From positions 66,147 to 130,146 of the forward strand of contig NMRA01000511.1 in assembly GCA_002633005.1 (NCBI GenBank): 64,000 nucleotides of DNA. Direction: 5' to 3'. Positions 1 through 11,833 of this stretch are shown one piece after another. Made by a program: the position numbers and the translations under genes. This DNA comes from Phoronis australis. Its lineage: Eukaryota; Animalia; Phoronida. Within the stretch, counting starts at the first letter, position 1; each line of letters opens with the position of its first letter. A model generated the notes under the pieces. The model was given only the letters and a program-made list of their open reading frames with translations, ran no database searches and was not told where the DNA came from.

Positions 1-946
1 TCAGATGTCTCTCCTAGACACGGCAGTAAATAAGACGGACGCGTTCTTCAGTAGGTTCTGTGGTGACGCATGCACAATCACCAACGCACAGCGGCTGTTT
101 ACCAAATTAAAGATGCAGTGATCTTCACACGTGCACGAAGCACCGATGCATATTTTGGTTGTTTTCCTAGTTCAATTCGAGAATTTTAATTAATATTCAC
201 TCACGTTCTTACATTTCGGCAGCTTTATTGTTCTAGCTGGCTACAATATTATCACTACGTCAGTATAGCACCAATGCAACTAACAAAAATGCACCAAGAC
301 AATTAAAGATGAAATTACATCAAATCAAAGAATTTCAGTTTTCAACAGTTGATGCGACCTTGTTATTAGGTCTAAACTTCACATTCGCACCAGGACCTAA
401 CTGAATCGGTTTTGTCGACGGACTTTAGTTTTATACCTCAACTGCCACCACGTTCTTGACAAAGAGACTTTCAAGAATACCAGAAACTTTTAATTAACAT
501 ACAGCGCAAAATAAGGAGTTTTCAACGCTAATCCATAACATTACCATTTAAATATTATTGAAAAGAGATGTTTCGAAAAACTCTGACATTCTCACTGCAG
601 ACAGAAGAATCATCAGCAAAGAATGGCCGAACAAAAGGAGCAAAATAAAAAGTACCTCAAGTAATTTGTGAATGATTTATTTCTTAATAAGCGCAGTGGC
701 TCTCGTGTAACACATCCTCCAGTTTCAAAAACCAAGTGGAAATTGAGGACACAATGTTGTAACCCATTTATGAAAACCAAAGGCAGGTTCGCCAAGAGGT
801 GTGTGGACAAGAATGACGGGACCGTGGTCAACGTCGTCATCAATCTGGCACAATACTATCATTTCAACGCTATGTGTAGGTCAGCAACACAGATCCACTG
901 GTGAAATGAAAATGATGTTCGACATAAGAGAACATGCACTGTTCAC

Positions 947-1149
947 CTAAAGCTTAAATTGATTAATTTGGCGATCGACATCCGCCTTTCCCTTGCACGT
1001 ATCCATGTGTCGCCTTACGAGACAAGGTCGCTTGAACCCCGTAAGGCAATAGGGGCAGTAAAACTCTTTCATCCCTAGGTGGCGCCGTATGTGCTCTTTA
1101 ACGTTCTGCGCTCGTTTAATAGACACCCCACATAGTTGACAGAGAAAGC
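947..1149 (-). CDS. Variable terminal zinc-finger cassette V1 (C2H2 + C2HC)
   Basis: Acceptor ttttctgtcatttgtag| then phase-1 frame (G)FLCQLCGVSIKRAQNVKEHIRRHLGMKEFYCPYCLTGFKRPCLVRRHMDTCKGKADVDRQINQFKL*; not in the ORF track; translated by hand. Confidence 0.85.
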
Positions 1150-2018
1150 CTACAAATGACAGAAAACTCTGATTGGAGAAGCGGTAAACGAGGAAAACTG
1201 AAACGCAAGCTGAAGTTAACCTCAGTGTAGGAAGTCAGTGTAAAGGGACAGACTTAAAGCATGGGACGTGTCAACATTTTAGTGAAACCCCAGACAAAAT
1301 TCTTGACTTAAACCCATACACTGAAGTAGCTTATCCCGAAATCACCAGGACTAAAAAGGAGATGACGCCACCGAACATTAGCGAAGCTTGTTTGCCAAGA
1401 AGCACGAGCGCTCGTTATGGCGAACAAAATGGGCAGACAAAGCCCACTGACATCGAAATAAGACAATTCGACACTATGTACCAAAGGACTTCCTCACTGC
1501 TGACAACTAATGGATAATAAAACCTGGCAAACATACTACAGGTAGACCGGACTAGAACTCAATCGGAGAACATGCGAATACATTGATAGAAAAAGTAGTC
1601 AGTTACTCAGTTGTAGTGCTCAGTTTACAACAGGGACGGATCTACTCCACTAAATCTAAGCTATAATTACTAAGCTAATTACAAAGGACAGTACGATTTA
1701 CACTTAATTATAACTTTAGGCACAGAACTAAGAGTATCAAAATAAAAAAGGTCTACAATAAACCACTCGATGTGTTCAAGCCTGTCGTCAAGGCAACGTC
1801 GGAGCGATATGCCACCTGAATCGTTTAGTCCACTAAGTCAAACAGGACCGAAATTCAAAATGCCCCAATTACAACTCCAGTTCTGAATACGACGATGATC
1901 GGTAGAGTTCACCAGAACAAACATACTACAGCCCCGTGAGAAACTTCAGCATGGATAAAATTTCTGTGGCGACGGCTTTCCTCAACAACCCTCAATGTGC
2001 ACACTGTTGGTCTTACAG

Positions 2019-2197
2019 CTAAACAGTGTGCTCCATTCCGTGGATCTTTTTGACGTGCTCGGCCAGGCGACAAGGTCTCCCAAACCCCTTGAGGCAGATT
2101 TTACAATAATGCTCCTTCAGCCCTAGGTGGCGCCGTATGTGCTCCTTAGCGTTCTGGACATATTTTAGCTGAGCCCCACAAAGTCTGCATAGGAAGC
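2019..2197 (-). CDS. Variable terminal zinc-finger cassette V2 (C2H2 + C2H2), paralogue of V1
   Basis: Acceptor ttttctccaattctag|, phase 1, (G)FLCRLCGAQLKYVQNAKEHIRRHLGLKEHYCKICLKGFGRPCRLAEHVKKIHGMEHTV*; not in the ORF track. Confidence 0.85.
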
Positions 2198-2288
2198 CTA
2201 GAATTGGAGAAAACTACTTCAGATTCGTGCCGCTTCTGTTGACTACACTCAGTATCAGAAATATTAACATGTTCTTCAATCAACCGAT

Positions 2289-2442
2289 GTGTAGCTGGGT
2301 CCACCCAACCCCAACCATAGTGTAGCTGGGTCCACCCAACCCCAACCATAGTGTAGCTGGGTCCACCCAACCCCAACCATAGCGTAGCTGGGTCCACCCA
2401 ACCCCAACCATAGCGTAGCTGGGTCCACCCAACCCCAACCAT
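2289..2442. repeat. 31-bp minisatellite, about 5 copies
   Basis: Unit gYgtagctgggtccacccaaccccaaccata repeated at 31-nt period. Confidence 0.95.
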
Positions 2443-3913
2443 CTCCACTACTCATTAATAAGATGATTTCTGCTAAATAAATGTACAAAAAAATGGTCTC
2501 CTAACATTTTTCACGTTGTACTTTTATTCACTAAAAACACAAAAAAAACACGTAAAGTGACCAAATTCAACTTGTATTCTTAACAAAAATGATTACAACT
2601 GCGCATTAAAACAGCCACGTTTATAAAAGACTGCAAGTCCTAACACCAAAAAAACACTTGTGATACAAACATCTTAACACACTAACAGCAACCAACACCA
2701 GCTGGCTTAAACCTAAAACCTACAAGTGTTCGCTCATTGTTACACGCCACTTGCGGCAGCGTCTCGTACTTGTAGAACGAATATGCCTTGACGAATAAAC
2801 GAACCTCATTGTAACAGCACACTATTCAGGTACGACTACTCTTCAATGATTACATTGACAGAGAGGGAGAAACGACCAACAGTCAGAATCTGGACAAGTT
2901 TAAACGTGTCAACTGAGAATTCTGTATCAATTGCAGCTCGACTAACACCCTACAAACTCCGTTATAGCTGACAGTTAAAGGTAAATATATTACAGCATAT
3001 ATTCAGGAATAACAGAAGAATTACTGTAAGAAGATTCTCTCAGGGAGAAATAACAGACTACTTTACTTCAAAAGGTTTACATGGTGTACATATGTTAACG
3101 AGACAGGCAAACTTCGTCACAGGCGCTAAGGAGCACAGAAAGGTTTCACGGCGATTCAGTTGTGATCTACGTTTGTATAATTCTAGATACGCACTTGTAT
3201 TATAATGTGTGTGTGTTATCAAATTTATGTGATGGGGGACGGAGACAAGATTATAAAATTACAAAGATGTATAATTTGATATCAGTTTACACTTTCTAAC
3301 ACCTCGTCTTCACCTAACACTATATCAATATAGAAACGACGCTGATTGCTTTGATAACCAACGGCCCGTAGACAGACCATTTGCATCAACTAACTGCGTA
3401 AATCCGGGCACATAATCCACTTATTTGCCAATAAGCAAAGAGTACAGTTTACAAGAAATAACTACCCATCTGTTTCGCCCAAGGTCCATAAATCCCACCT
3501 CACCTGAGCTAGTTACAATTTGAGACCAATATTAAAGGGACATTTCTTTCCGTCGACATATTTTCATGTTTGCCTCAAACTATGCGCTCTTTTGCATATT
3601 AAAAAATTCACAGTGACGGTGGCGCTTTTACGAATACTGTCAACATTTCATCAACTGACAACCCAACCTAACAGTAACTAACCATAACTTTCCTAAAGTT
3701 GAAAAGCCTAAAAACTATGACAAGAGTCGCATCCGTACAAACAATTGAACGATTGGGAACACGTTGCTTTCATATAACCACTGACATCGTGGAACGGCCA
3801 AAAAACAATCAAGGAATAATACTGTCACCCGGACACCACTACAGGTGCCAAGACGCGTAGGTGTGTCTCAGTTTATAACAGATCTACAATACCGAAGGCT
3901 ACATGGCAACTCC

Positions 3914-4080
3914 TCAGTGGTGATTCTTCATGTGCAGCGTCAGCTGACTCCTGCGCGGATATCCGGCCAGACAGATGGAGCAGCGGTAATTTTTGATCCC
4001 CAGGTGTTGAGCTTTGAAGTGCTCGCGCATGTTACCCTTCCGCCGGATGATTGTGCCACAGATTTTGCAGCAAAACTCTC
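3914..4080 (-). CDS. Variable terminal zinc-finger cassette V3 (C2H2 + C2H2)
   Basis: Acceptor ctttctttttag|, phase 1, (G)EFCCKICGTIIRRKGNMREHFKAQHLGIKNYRCSICLAGYPRRSQLTLHMKNHH*. Confidence 0.88.
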
Positions 4081-4233
4081 CTAAAAAGAAAGCGATAGAA
4101 CACCTCAGTCTTCCCAAGAAACCCTCGACTGGGCAAAAAACGCACTAAGCTGCCAAAGACACACGATCAAAATGGGTGTAAAATGGCGCGTTAATCCGAC
4201 TTGGTAGTTCAAATAAACGGGACGATTGAACTC

Positions 4234-4409
4234 TCAGCTCATGTCCCAGGCGTTATGCGAACTTCGGAGGTGAGCCTTGATCTGGTATCTCCGTTTACAT
4301 ATGTAAGGACAGAGCGGGCACTTGTGACCGATTCCCAAGTGGATTCGCACGTGACGGTGAGCGTCGCCGCGACGTTTTATCTCGGCTCCACACTCCTTAC
4401 ACATGTAGC
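4234..4409 (-). CDS. Variable terminal zinc-finger cassette V4 (C2H2 + C2H2)
   Basis: Acceptor tttctgttgcag|, phase 1, (G)YMCKECGAEIKRRGDAHRHVRIHLGIGHKCPLCPYICKRRYQIKAHLRSSHNAWDMS*; not in the ORF track. Confidence 0.88.
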
Positions 4410-5182
4410 CTGCAACAGAAATTGAAGCCTGCTTCAGCCACCGTGGTCGCCAAATTTACGAACAGGCTACTACCAAAAAACCAAAAGCAAAACAAAACAT
4501 CATAACTCTGTCATACCAAATGGTGATTGTAAAACTTGCCATACACTGGACTCACGCAGAAGATCGACTCGAGTCGACAGAAGGTAGTTACGGATGCATT
4601 TTAAGGACCCACAGCAAATACCATGTGAGACAAAAGACTCAGAAAGTCCCAATAATTAACACACGAGTAACACAAGCCTCGTTTTAAGCATAGCAACATA
4701 GCTAAGGTGTGTGGAGGTAATTACTGCAAGTACGTACGGATTTAACAGTGGTGACTTGATTGCTGCTCGCTAAGTTACCATAATACGATACCGAGTGCAC
4801 GCAAAACAAGTCTTCACAGATCCGGAACACTTCGGGCACTGTCGTTATCCCATGCTTTATTTCTGCGCAATAGCCTGGTCCCAGCATTAAGCGGGCAGTC
4901 GGCTTCGTGCAAGCCCAAAATAAAAGTTCCCAACCGAGTTGCCTTCCGTAGTTGGAAAGTCGCGTGAATTGTTTATCCTGATAGGTGTCGCATAACTGCT
5001 GTGCAATTACTACGAAAAATAACATCAGCGCAGGTACTGTAACACACGGAGTGAGATTATAGGTGTGTTGTCGTAACCCTGATGACATCAACATGGGATT
5101 AAATGTAAAGGAGAATTATTGTTATGAAGAACCAATCTGGGCACTCGTCGCCAAATTTTCTGGAGGGGCCAGTCTCCGTTGC

Positions 5183-5318
5183 TCACGGGCGGAGCACCAT
5201 AGGGGGCTGGGGGGCTATAGCCCCATTCTTTTCAATGCTGCGCCTCCCAAGGTACACCATAGGGGGGTGGAATGCGAGGGGAGCTATAGCCTCTTATTTC
5301 AGTGCCGCGCTGCCCATG
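5183..5318. repeat. Short dispersed repeat (GGGGCTATAGCCCC family)
   Basis: ggggctatagcccc and ccatagggg motifs shared, in inverted orientation, with about 29210-29278 and 31068-31198. Confidence 0.55.
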
Positions 5319-6089
5319 TAGCTACGTCACTCTACGTCATTTCTATGACCAATCATGAGCTAAAATCAATGTGCGCCACCTTCATCCAGTACAGCAAATA
5401 ATGTGACTCTCAATATGGAAAGCACCACCGAATGTGCAGGGATTAACGTGTGATAACTGGTTTGAACGAGAGTTCAGGCTGTGCAGGCCCAGACTGACAA
5501 TGTACGTTGTAGGCCGCATGTCTACAAAACAGGGCTTGGAATGACAAAGGATAAAATAGGAAAATTTCAAGGTCATGTATCGATCCAAAATAAATAGGCT
5601 TGTGTGACAAAAATATTTTTTGTGTTGTAAAATGTAACTGAAATTAATGTTTTGCACGAATAAAGTCAAAGTAATGAATAAAAGAAGAAATTGGAAATCA
5701 AATGAGAGGAAATTCAAAATCAAAAAAGAGGAAATCCGTATAAAAGAGGAACAAAACTATAAACGTGAACTCAGTAAAATAATACATTTTCTGAAAGTAA
5801 AAAGCACCTCCCCAGGCAAAAGTGGAGATTTTTGAAAACTAATGTTGGCAGCGGTTTGGAGCGCAGTGCATAATCCATACTATCTGAAAGTTTCATACGC
5901 ATCTGGGTCATGATGTTCCCGAGTTAGTCAAATTTGGACATCTTTCTAAGGTGCAACACAAGTACATCAGAAAACAGACTTTTACGACTACATAACCCCT
6001 CTGTCTGGTGATTAGCGTAATATAAGGAGTTTAGACGATAAATGGCAGAAGAGAAGGTAGACAGTGACCACCGTCTCTATCGGGCCAGA

Positions 6090-6356
6090 AGCTCTCCGGC
6101 GAATTATGGTCACACTGATTAGAAAATCAAAGTCATTTTGTTATAAATACCTTTTGCGCATAGAGGGACACCTTAGGAGACTGTTGATGTCCTTAATTCC
6201 TCCCAACTCAAATACTCCCGAAAAAGTTTGATAACAAGAGTATTTATTCGAGTTGGAATGAAGTAAAGATATCGACGGCCTCCTAAGGTCTCATTCTGTA
6301 CGCAAAAAGTATTTATAACAACGTGACTTTGATGTGAGGCATAATTCGCCAGCTGA
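6090..6356. mobile_element. Foldback / MITE-like palindromic element
   Basis: Left arm (aaagtcattttgttataaatac...ccttaggag) is the imperfect reverse complement of the right arm (ctcctaagg...gtatttataacaacgtgacttt); a single arm recurs at about 54160-54290. Confidence 0.7.
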
Positions 6357-8064
6357 GTCAGCTATAGACGTTGGTCACAGTCTAAAGGCAAGGCCACTAT
6401 TGCTGGTACGTCACGGCCTACATTCCTACCATTCCACGTGGGCACGCGCCAAATTTGAGAGGCGGTGGTTGGCCCGCAATATAAGGAGTTAAAGGCAGCG
6501 TCCAGGAAGAAGTGCTTAAAATCACCAAATTCAGACCAAGACACCAAACAACACCACCACCAATCGATCCGCTGTCACAGTAGCACACTCGCGATCATTA
6601 TCTGACATGTTAGTAATCTAATCTCGAGCATTTAATGTTCGATACATGAGTAGAATAGGGACAACCAATCACGTCTTAGTGTTTAGTAGCAAAAGTAGTC
6701 AGACGCTATGGCACATTTCACTTTCTTGAGCGGCACCAGAGCGCGGACATGGCACAAGCTGGTACAAGAAACTCGCGTGTTTATGGGCAAATCATTTTTT
6801 TGGTCTGGGTACGTTCATACGTCACACTAGTGTCCGAAGAGCTCCCAAACTTTCAGTTGAAGTGTTTTGCTCTATTTTCTCGTTTTTGAGATAGTTGATA
6901 TGCAGTGCTATGAAGGAAGATTTTAGATGCGGACAATGTAGTCACATGCCAAAACAAGGCGAATTGTAGTTTTAAGCACTTTAAGCGGACAGGGCACATC
7001 ATAGAACGAAAATACGATCGGTTAAGGCCTCCATTACGAGCCTACCAACATACTAGATGCACGCTTGTTCCGCACCTAACTGCACACAGGGCATAACACC
7101 CGGATGTAAAAGCTTGTATTCCCTTCAAGGGTTTATCCTTTTATTAAATACTCATGTAGGCAAATACAACTGACTATCAGTTCAATAATCTAGAAGAACC
7201 TCAAGACACAGAAACAACAGCTAACCAGTTACATTTCGCTCTCTTTAGCTGGGTAAAATCGAAAATTGAATAAAGCAGTTTACTCTCATAAATTCGGCCT
7301 CTCAGTTTTCCTTAACACCATAGAATTCAATCTACATTGCAAGTAATAGCCAAGAAACCATCTGCAACTCAAGAAAATGCTTAACAGTTGGCTGTGTGCC
7401 AATTCGGAAATAGCGCACGTTCGAAATGGGTGTGTGACTTGAATTTGTTAGGAGCACAGCTCCCTATCACAGCAAAGAATATCATGAGACTAGTTTATTT
7501 GCTTTAGCCCATTAACAGGAAAGAATACATAAACACCTTTAATTACAAACAGAACTTCTACATCTCCAGCACAAAATGTTCAAAGGAAACATCCAGTTTC
7601 AAACGTGTTAGCATCAGAAATACAAGTGAACAAACAGTAGCCACAACTGAAAAAAATAAAACTAAAATGCAATGCCCTAGACATAAAGCATACAGATGGC
7701 CCAATGACTTGTGAGTGAGTGGGAGAATCCATGATTGACAAAGAGTGCACCAGTTCAATTTATTTTAAAGTAGAAAACAAGTCTTTGCCAGCTACCGAAA
7801 TTACCATTTTCAAAAGTTCCTTCATAAAAATAAGTCATACATGTTGACACAAGCCAACGGTGTCCAAAGCAAGCACAGAGTTCTATGTACACTGCACAGT
7901 TGAAGCAACCAGAATTTTCCACAACATATTTGACAACAAAGAGACAACCACTGTCCTTCTGGCACCAACCAAACAAACTTTGTGTCCTTATCTCCAGCAA
8001 AATCTGACAAATGCTGAGTGTGATACATGTAGAATGTCCCAAAACAGACCAACAAGACAGGAGA

Positions 8065-8252
8065 TCATGGGCCAACGTAATGATGAACAGATTGCATGTG
8101 GCGCCGACAGGTCTCTGAACGTGTGAACGACTTGCCACAAATCCGGCAGGTGGCACGCATCGACATGATACCCAGATGCTTCTCGCGGAAGTGACGCTTC
8201 ATCGTATTGCGGTGCGTGGTGCAGGTCCCGCAGACGCCGCACATCAATTGGC
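8065..8252 (-). CDS. Variable terminal zinc-finger cassette V5 (C2H2 + C2H2)
   Basis: Acceptor ttccttcttttgcag|, phase 1, (G)QLMCGVCGTCTTHRNTMKRHFREKHLGIMSMRATCRICGKSFTRSETCRRHMQSVHHYVGP*. Confidence 0.88.
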
Positions 8253-8702
8253 CTGCAAAAGAAGGAACCGCGCATCACACACCGCACCGGTGAATTACAC
8301 AACGATCAGCAGATGGCGCTGTGGCACACAAACACACACACACACCCGCCAAATTCACCTACACTTATTTATGGACAGCTTAGTGTATATACCCAATACT
8401 TCCTGCTCTGGAAAACCAGAAAGATGAAAATTATCACCAAAAACAATTTAGGGAGCACTGACGGAATGGAAGACCACCCAGCAAGCACTTAGGTTGTGAA
8501 GGTAGACCAGTAGCACAGGACCGCCTTAAGAGTTAAAAACCATAAAGCATTGAAAATGGCCAACCACACAATTTTGTATCTGTACAATACTCAAACTGGA
8601 GCAAAACTGAGAACAGGTGAGATGAATAGAGAGCATTCCATATGCGAGACTGGACAGTACGTGCAGACGTGAGACCCACAGCAACTCAGCTGCAGTGGAT
8701 TA

Positions 8703-8884
8703 TCAGATCATCATCTGTAGATGACATCGCCACTCGTGTGTTTTTGCCACTTCCGCCCGCTTGAACACTTTCAGACAACATCGACACTGGTAGACTGGAC
8801 ACAGGTCCAGGTGTCGCTCCTTCATGTGACGCGCTACGTTTTTCCGGTGCTTAATGACAAGGTTGCACAAGCAACAGAGCACGC
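8703..8884 (-). CDS. Variable terminal zinc-finger cassette V6 (C2H2 + C2HC)
   Basis: Acceptor tcttcctttgtag|, phase 1, (G)VLCCLCNLVIKHRKNVARHMKERHLDLCPVYQCRCCLKVFKRAEVAKTHEWRCHLQMMI*. Confidence 0.87.
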
Positions 8885-9565
8885 CTACAAAGGAAGACAA
8901 AGGCAGGGTGAAGTGAGAGGCACCAAGCTTAGAGGCTAGTGGGGGCAGCAAGTGACAGAATCACTAGAAAAATGCCAACCTACACTCAGCTTCTCCTAAT
9001 GCTGATACAGAGTCGTATTGCAGCAAAACTACCAACATCCAGAGTGATACAGTGACCTGTTGCAGCAAAACTACCAACACACAGTGGCTGATAGGGGGGA
9101 AATTACACAGCAACAGATTTCCAACAGAGAAGAAAGTGGACTTAACCTACAGGAAAGTAAACTGTTGTACAAAAGAGATGCAAAGAGTACCTTTTACAAA
9201 TTCACCTGCTACAAAACACTTACAGCAAACAACAGCTTACAAAGTCTATGGACTTCTAATTGTTCTAAAATTCACAAAGCACTTCTGTACACTTCATAAT
9301 ATACAGGGTATCATGGCCCATACTCTAATGGTAGTAAATGAGAATGCCTACACACCACAAGCAGATCACTAATGTAACGTTCATACCACCATATGCCAAT
9401 GGCTTAGAGCTACAGAAACTGCTGTCATAACTCAAATTTTCGACTACACATTACATAAAAAACATAAATTGATGCACATCAGGGACATAAAAAACAGGAT
9501 TTACGCAACAGCGAAAGAAACAAGATAGGGACAGAAGGCTGGAATCAGTAAAGCACCCCATACTG

Positions 9566-9741
9566 TCAGAAGTGGATTGATTTGGCACACTTTGCAGCGT
9601 GTAATCGCATCCGGTCACCGCGGTTGAACGTGCGCCTGCAGAAGATGCAGCGGTAGGCCATGTCTGTGTGTTGCTGCTTCATGTGTGCCCTAAGATTACT
9701 CCGACTGCGAATGACCGAGTGGCACAGCATACAACGGAAGC
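9566..9741 (-). CDS. Variable terminal zinc-finger cassette V7a (C2H2 + C2HC)
   Basis: Acceptor cttgctgtgttgtag|, phase 1, (G)FRCMLCHSVIRSRSNLRAHMKQQHTDMAYRCIFCRRTFNRGDRMRLHAAKCAKSIHF*. Confidence 0.87.
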
Positions 9742-10421
9742 CTACAACACAGCAAGAACCATGTCTTAAACCAGCTGCAACGACCATGAGACAGAAGGTG
9801 TAAGCCAGCAAACCAACACGCTCAACACAAAAGACCAAACAACATTATTTGGTCCCGCTGGTAAAGCAAACTCAACGTTACAGCTTGTCTACATTGTTTT
9901 CTCAATCTTATAGGGTCTCATTCTGCCAACACTATCTGATGAAAGCAGAGCAAGCCCTTTCACAGATATTGAAGAGGGGACTCTTTGACAAGTCAATTAC
10001 ACACTTTTCTGTAGCCACAGGAGGACGTTCTGAGAACACAACAACATGCACTCATCTACAAACTTGTCATATCATGACCTGAATCACTATTCAGATGTAA
10101 TCTAACAAGACATCATTGAAGGATCACTGCACAGGTGCCCTAGTTGTTAATTAGGTCAACAAAGATCACAGCTGATCACCCAACAGTCCCTTAACAGTGG
10201 TTGAACAATAAACAGACTGAGAATGGATGTCTACATGTATAAAGCAAGTACAACAAGCAGTCCAGACCTGCCTACACCAAGGCTCAAACAACTAGAAGCA
10301 ACATAAACCATAGATGTTACTACGTATTTCAACTTTCTCTCTAGAGGGTGTCACAATTCGCACGAGAGTGAGAGACCGGTGGACGGGAAAAAACGTGGAA
10401 CCAGCCAAGAACTGCGTACCG

Positions 10422-10597
10422 TCAAAAGGGGATGAATGCAGAGCACTTGACGGAGTGTGCTCGCATGCGATCGGCTCGTGTGAACATGCGCTTGCAGTAG
10501 ATGCACCTGTAAGCTGTGTCTGTATGCTGTTGCTTCATATGAGTGCGGGTGTTGTTCCAACTGCGAATCACTGTGTTGCACAGCGTACAACGGAAGC
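10422..10597 (-). CDS. Variable terminal zinc-finger cassette V8a (C2H2 + C2HC), paralogue of V7
   Basis: Acceptor ttgatgtcttgcag|, phase 1, (G)FRCTLCNTVIRSWNNTRTHMKQQHTDTAYRCIYCKRMFTRADRMRAHSVKCSAFIPF*; this frame is not in the ORF track. Confidence 0.85.
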
Positions 10598-10787
10598 CTG
10601 CAAGACATCAACAAGCACGTCTTAGACCAGTAACAACGGCCATCGGACAGGACGTGCATGCAAGCAACTCTAAACAAGAAGACCAGATCCTTCACAATGC
10701 TGTCCTACAGTACATGTATGNTTTACGCAACAGTGAGAGAAACAAGAAAGGGACAGAAGGCCGGAATCAGCAAAGCACCCCATGCTG

Positions 10788-10963
10788 TCAGAAGTGGACT
10801 GATTTGGCACACTTTGCAGCGTGTAATCGCATCCGGTCACCACGGTTGAATGTGCGCCTGCAGAAGATGCAGCGGTAGGCCATGTCTGTGTGTTGCTGCT
10901 TCATGTGTGCCCTAAGATTACTCCGACTGCGAATGACTGAGTGGCACAGCATACAACGGAAGC
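10788..10963 (-). CDS. Cassette V7b (second copy or allele of V7; I>V near the C-terminus)
   Basis: Same acceptor and frame as 9566-9741, ends AKSVHF*. Confidence 0.8.
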
Positions 10964-11657
10964 CTACAACACAGCAAGAACCATGTCTTAGACCAGCTAC
11001 AACGGCCATGAGACAGAAGGCGTAAGCCAGCAAACCAACACGCTCAACACAAAAGACCAAACAACATTATTTCACAGTCCCGCTTGTTAAGCAAACTCAA
11101 CGTTACAGCTTGTCTAAATCATTTTCTCTTTCTTATAGGGTCTCATTCTGCCAACACTGACTGATGAAAGCCCAGCAAGCCCTTTCACAGTTATTGAAGA
11201 GGTGACTCTTTGAAAAGTCAATTACACACCATTCTGTAGCCACAGGAGTAAGTTCTGAGAACACAACAACCAGCACTCATCTACAAACTTGTCATATCAT
11301 GACCTGAATCGATGAATTTTTTCTATTCAGATGTAATCTAACAAGACATCATTGAAGAATCACTGCACAGTTGCCTTAGTTGTTAATTAGGTCACCAAAG
11401 GTCACAGCTGATCACCCAACAGTCCCTTAACAGTGGTTGAACAATAAACAGACTGAGAATGGATGTCTACATGTATAAAGCAAGTACAACAAGCAGTCCA
11501 GACCTGCCTACACCAAGGCTCAAACAACTAGAAGCAACATAAACCATAGATGTTACTACGTATTTCAACTTTCTCTCTAGAGGGTGTCACAATTCGCACG
11601 AGAGTGAGAGACCGGTGGACGGGAAAAAACGTGGAACCAGCGAAGAACTGCGTACCG

Positions 11658-11833
11658 TCAAAAGGGGATGAATGCAGAGCACTTGACGGAGTGTGCTCGC
11701 ATGCGATCGGCTCGTGTGAACATGCGCTTGCAGTAGATGCACCTGTAAGCTGTGTCTGTATGCTGTTGCTTCATATGAGTGCGGGTGTTGTTCCAACTGC
11801 GAATCACTGTGTTGCACAGCGTACAACGGAAGC
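11658..11833 (-). CDS. Cassette V8b (second copy or allele of V8)
   Basis: Same acceptor, length (176 nt) and translation as 10422-10597. Confidence 0.8.

Noticed and set aside
2146-2488. ORFs with repeated GWGWVDPAT / VGVGWTQL peptides; also superficially array-like
   Set aside because: Translation of a 31-bp minisatellite whose period is not a multiple of 3; no unique spacers and a eukaryotic context, so neither a protein nor a CRISPR array
4702-5723. 130-aa and 113-aa minus-strand ORFs within the array as extra non-finger cassettes
   Set aside because: No domain pattern and intron/UTR-like composition; an acceptor-like site near 5521 alone is insufficient
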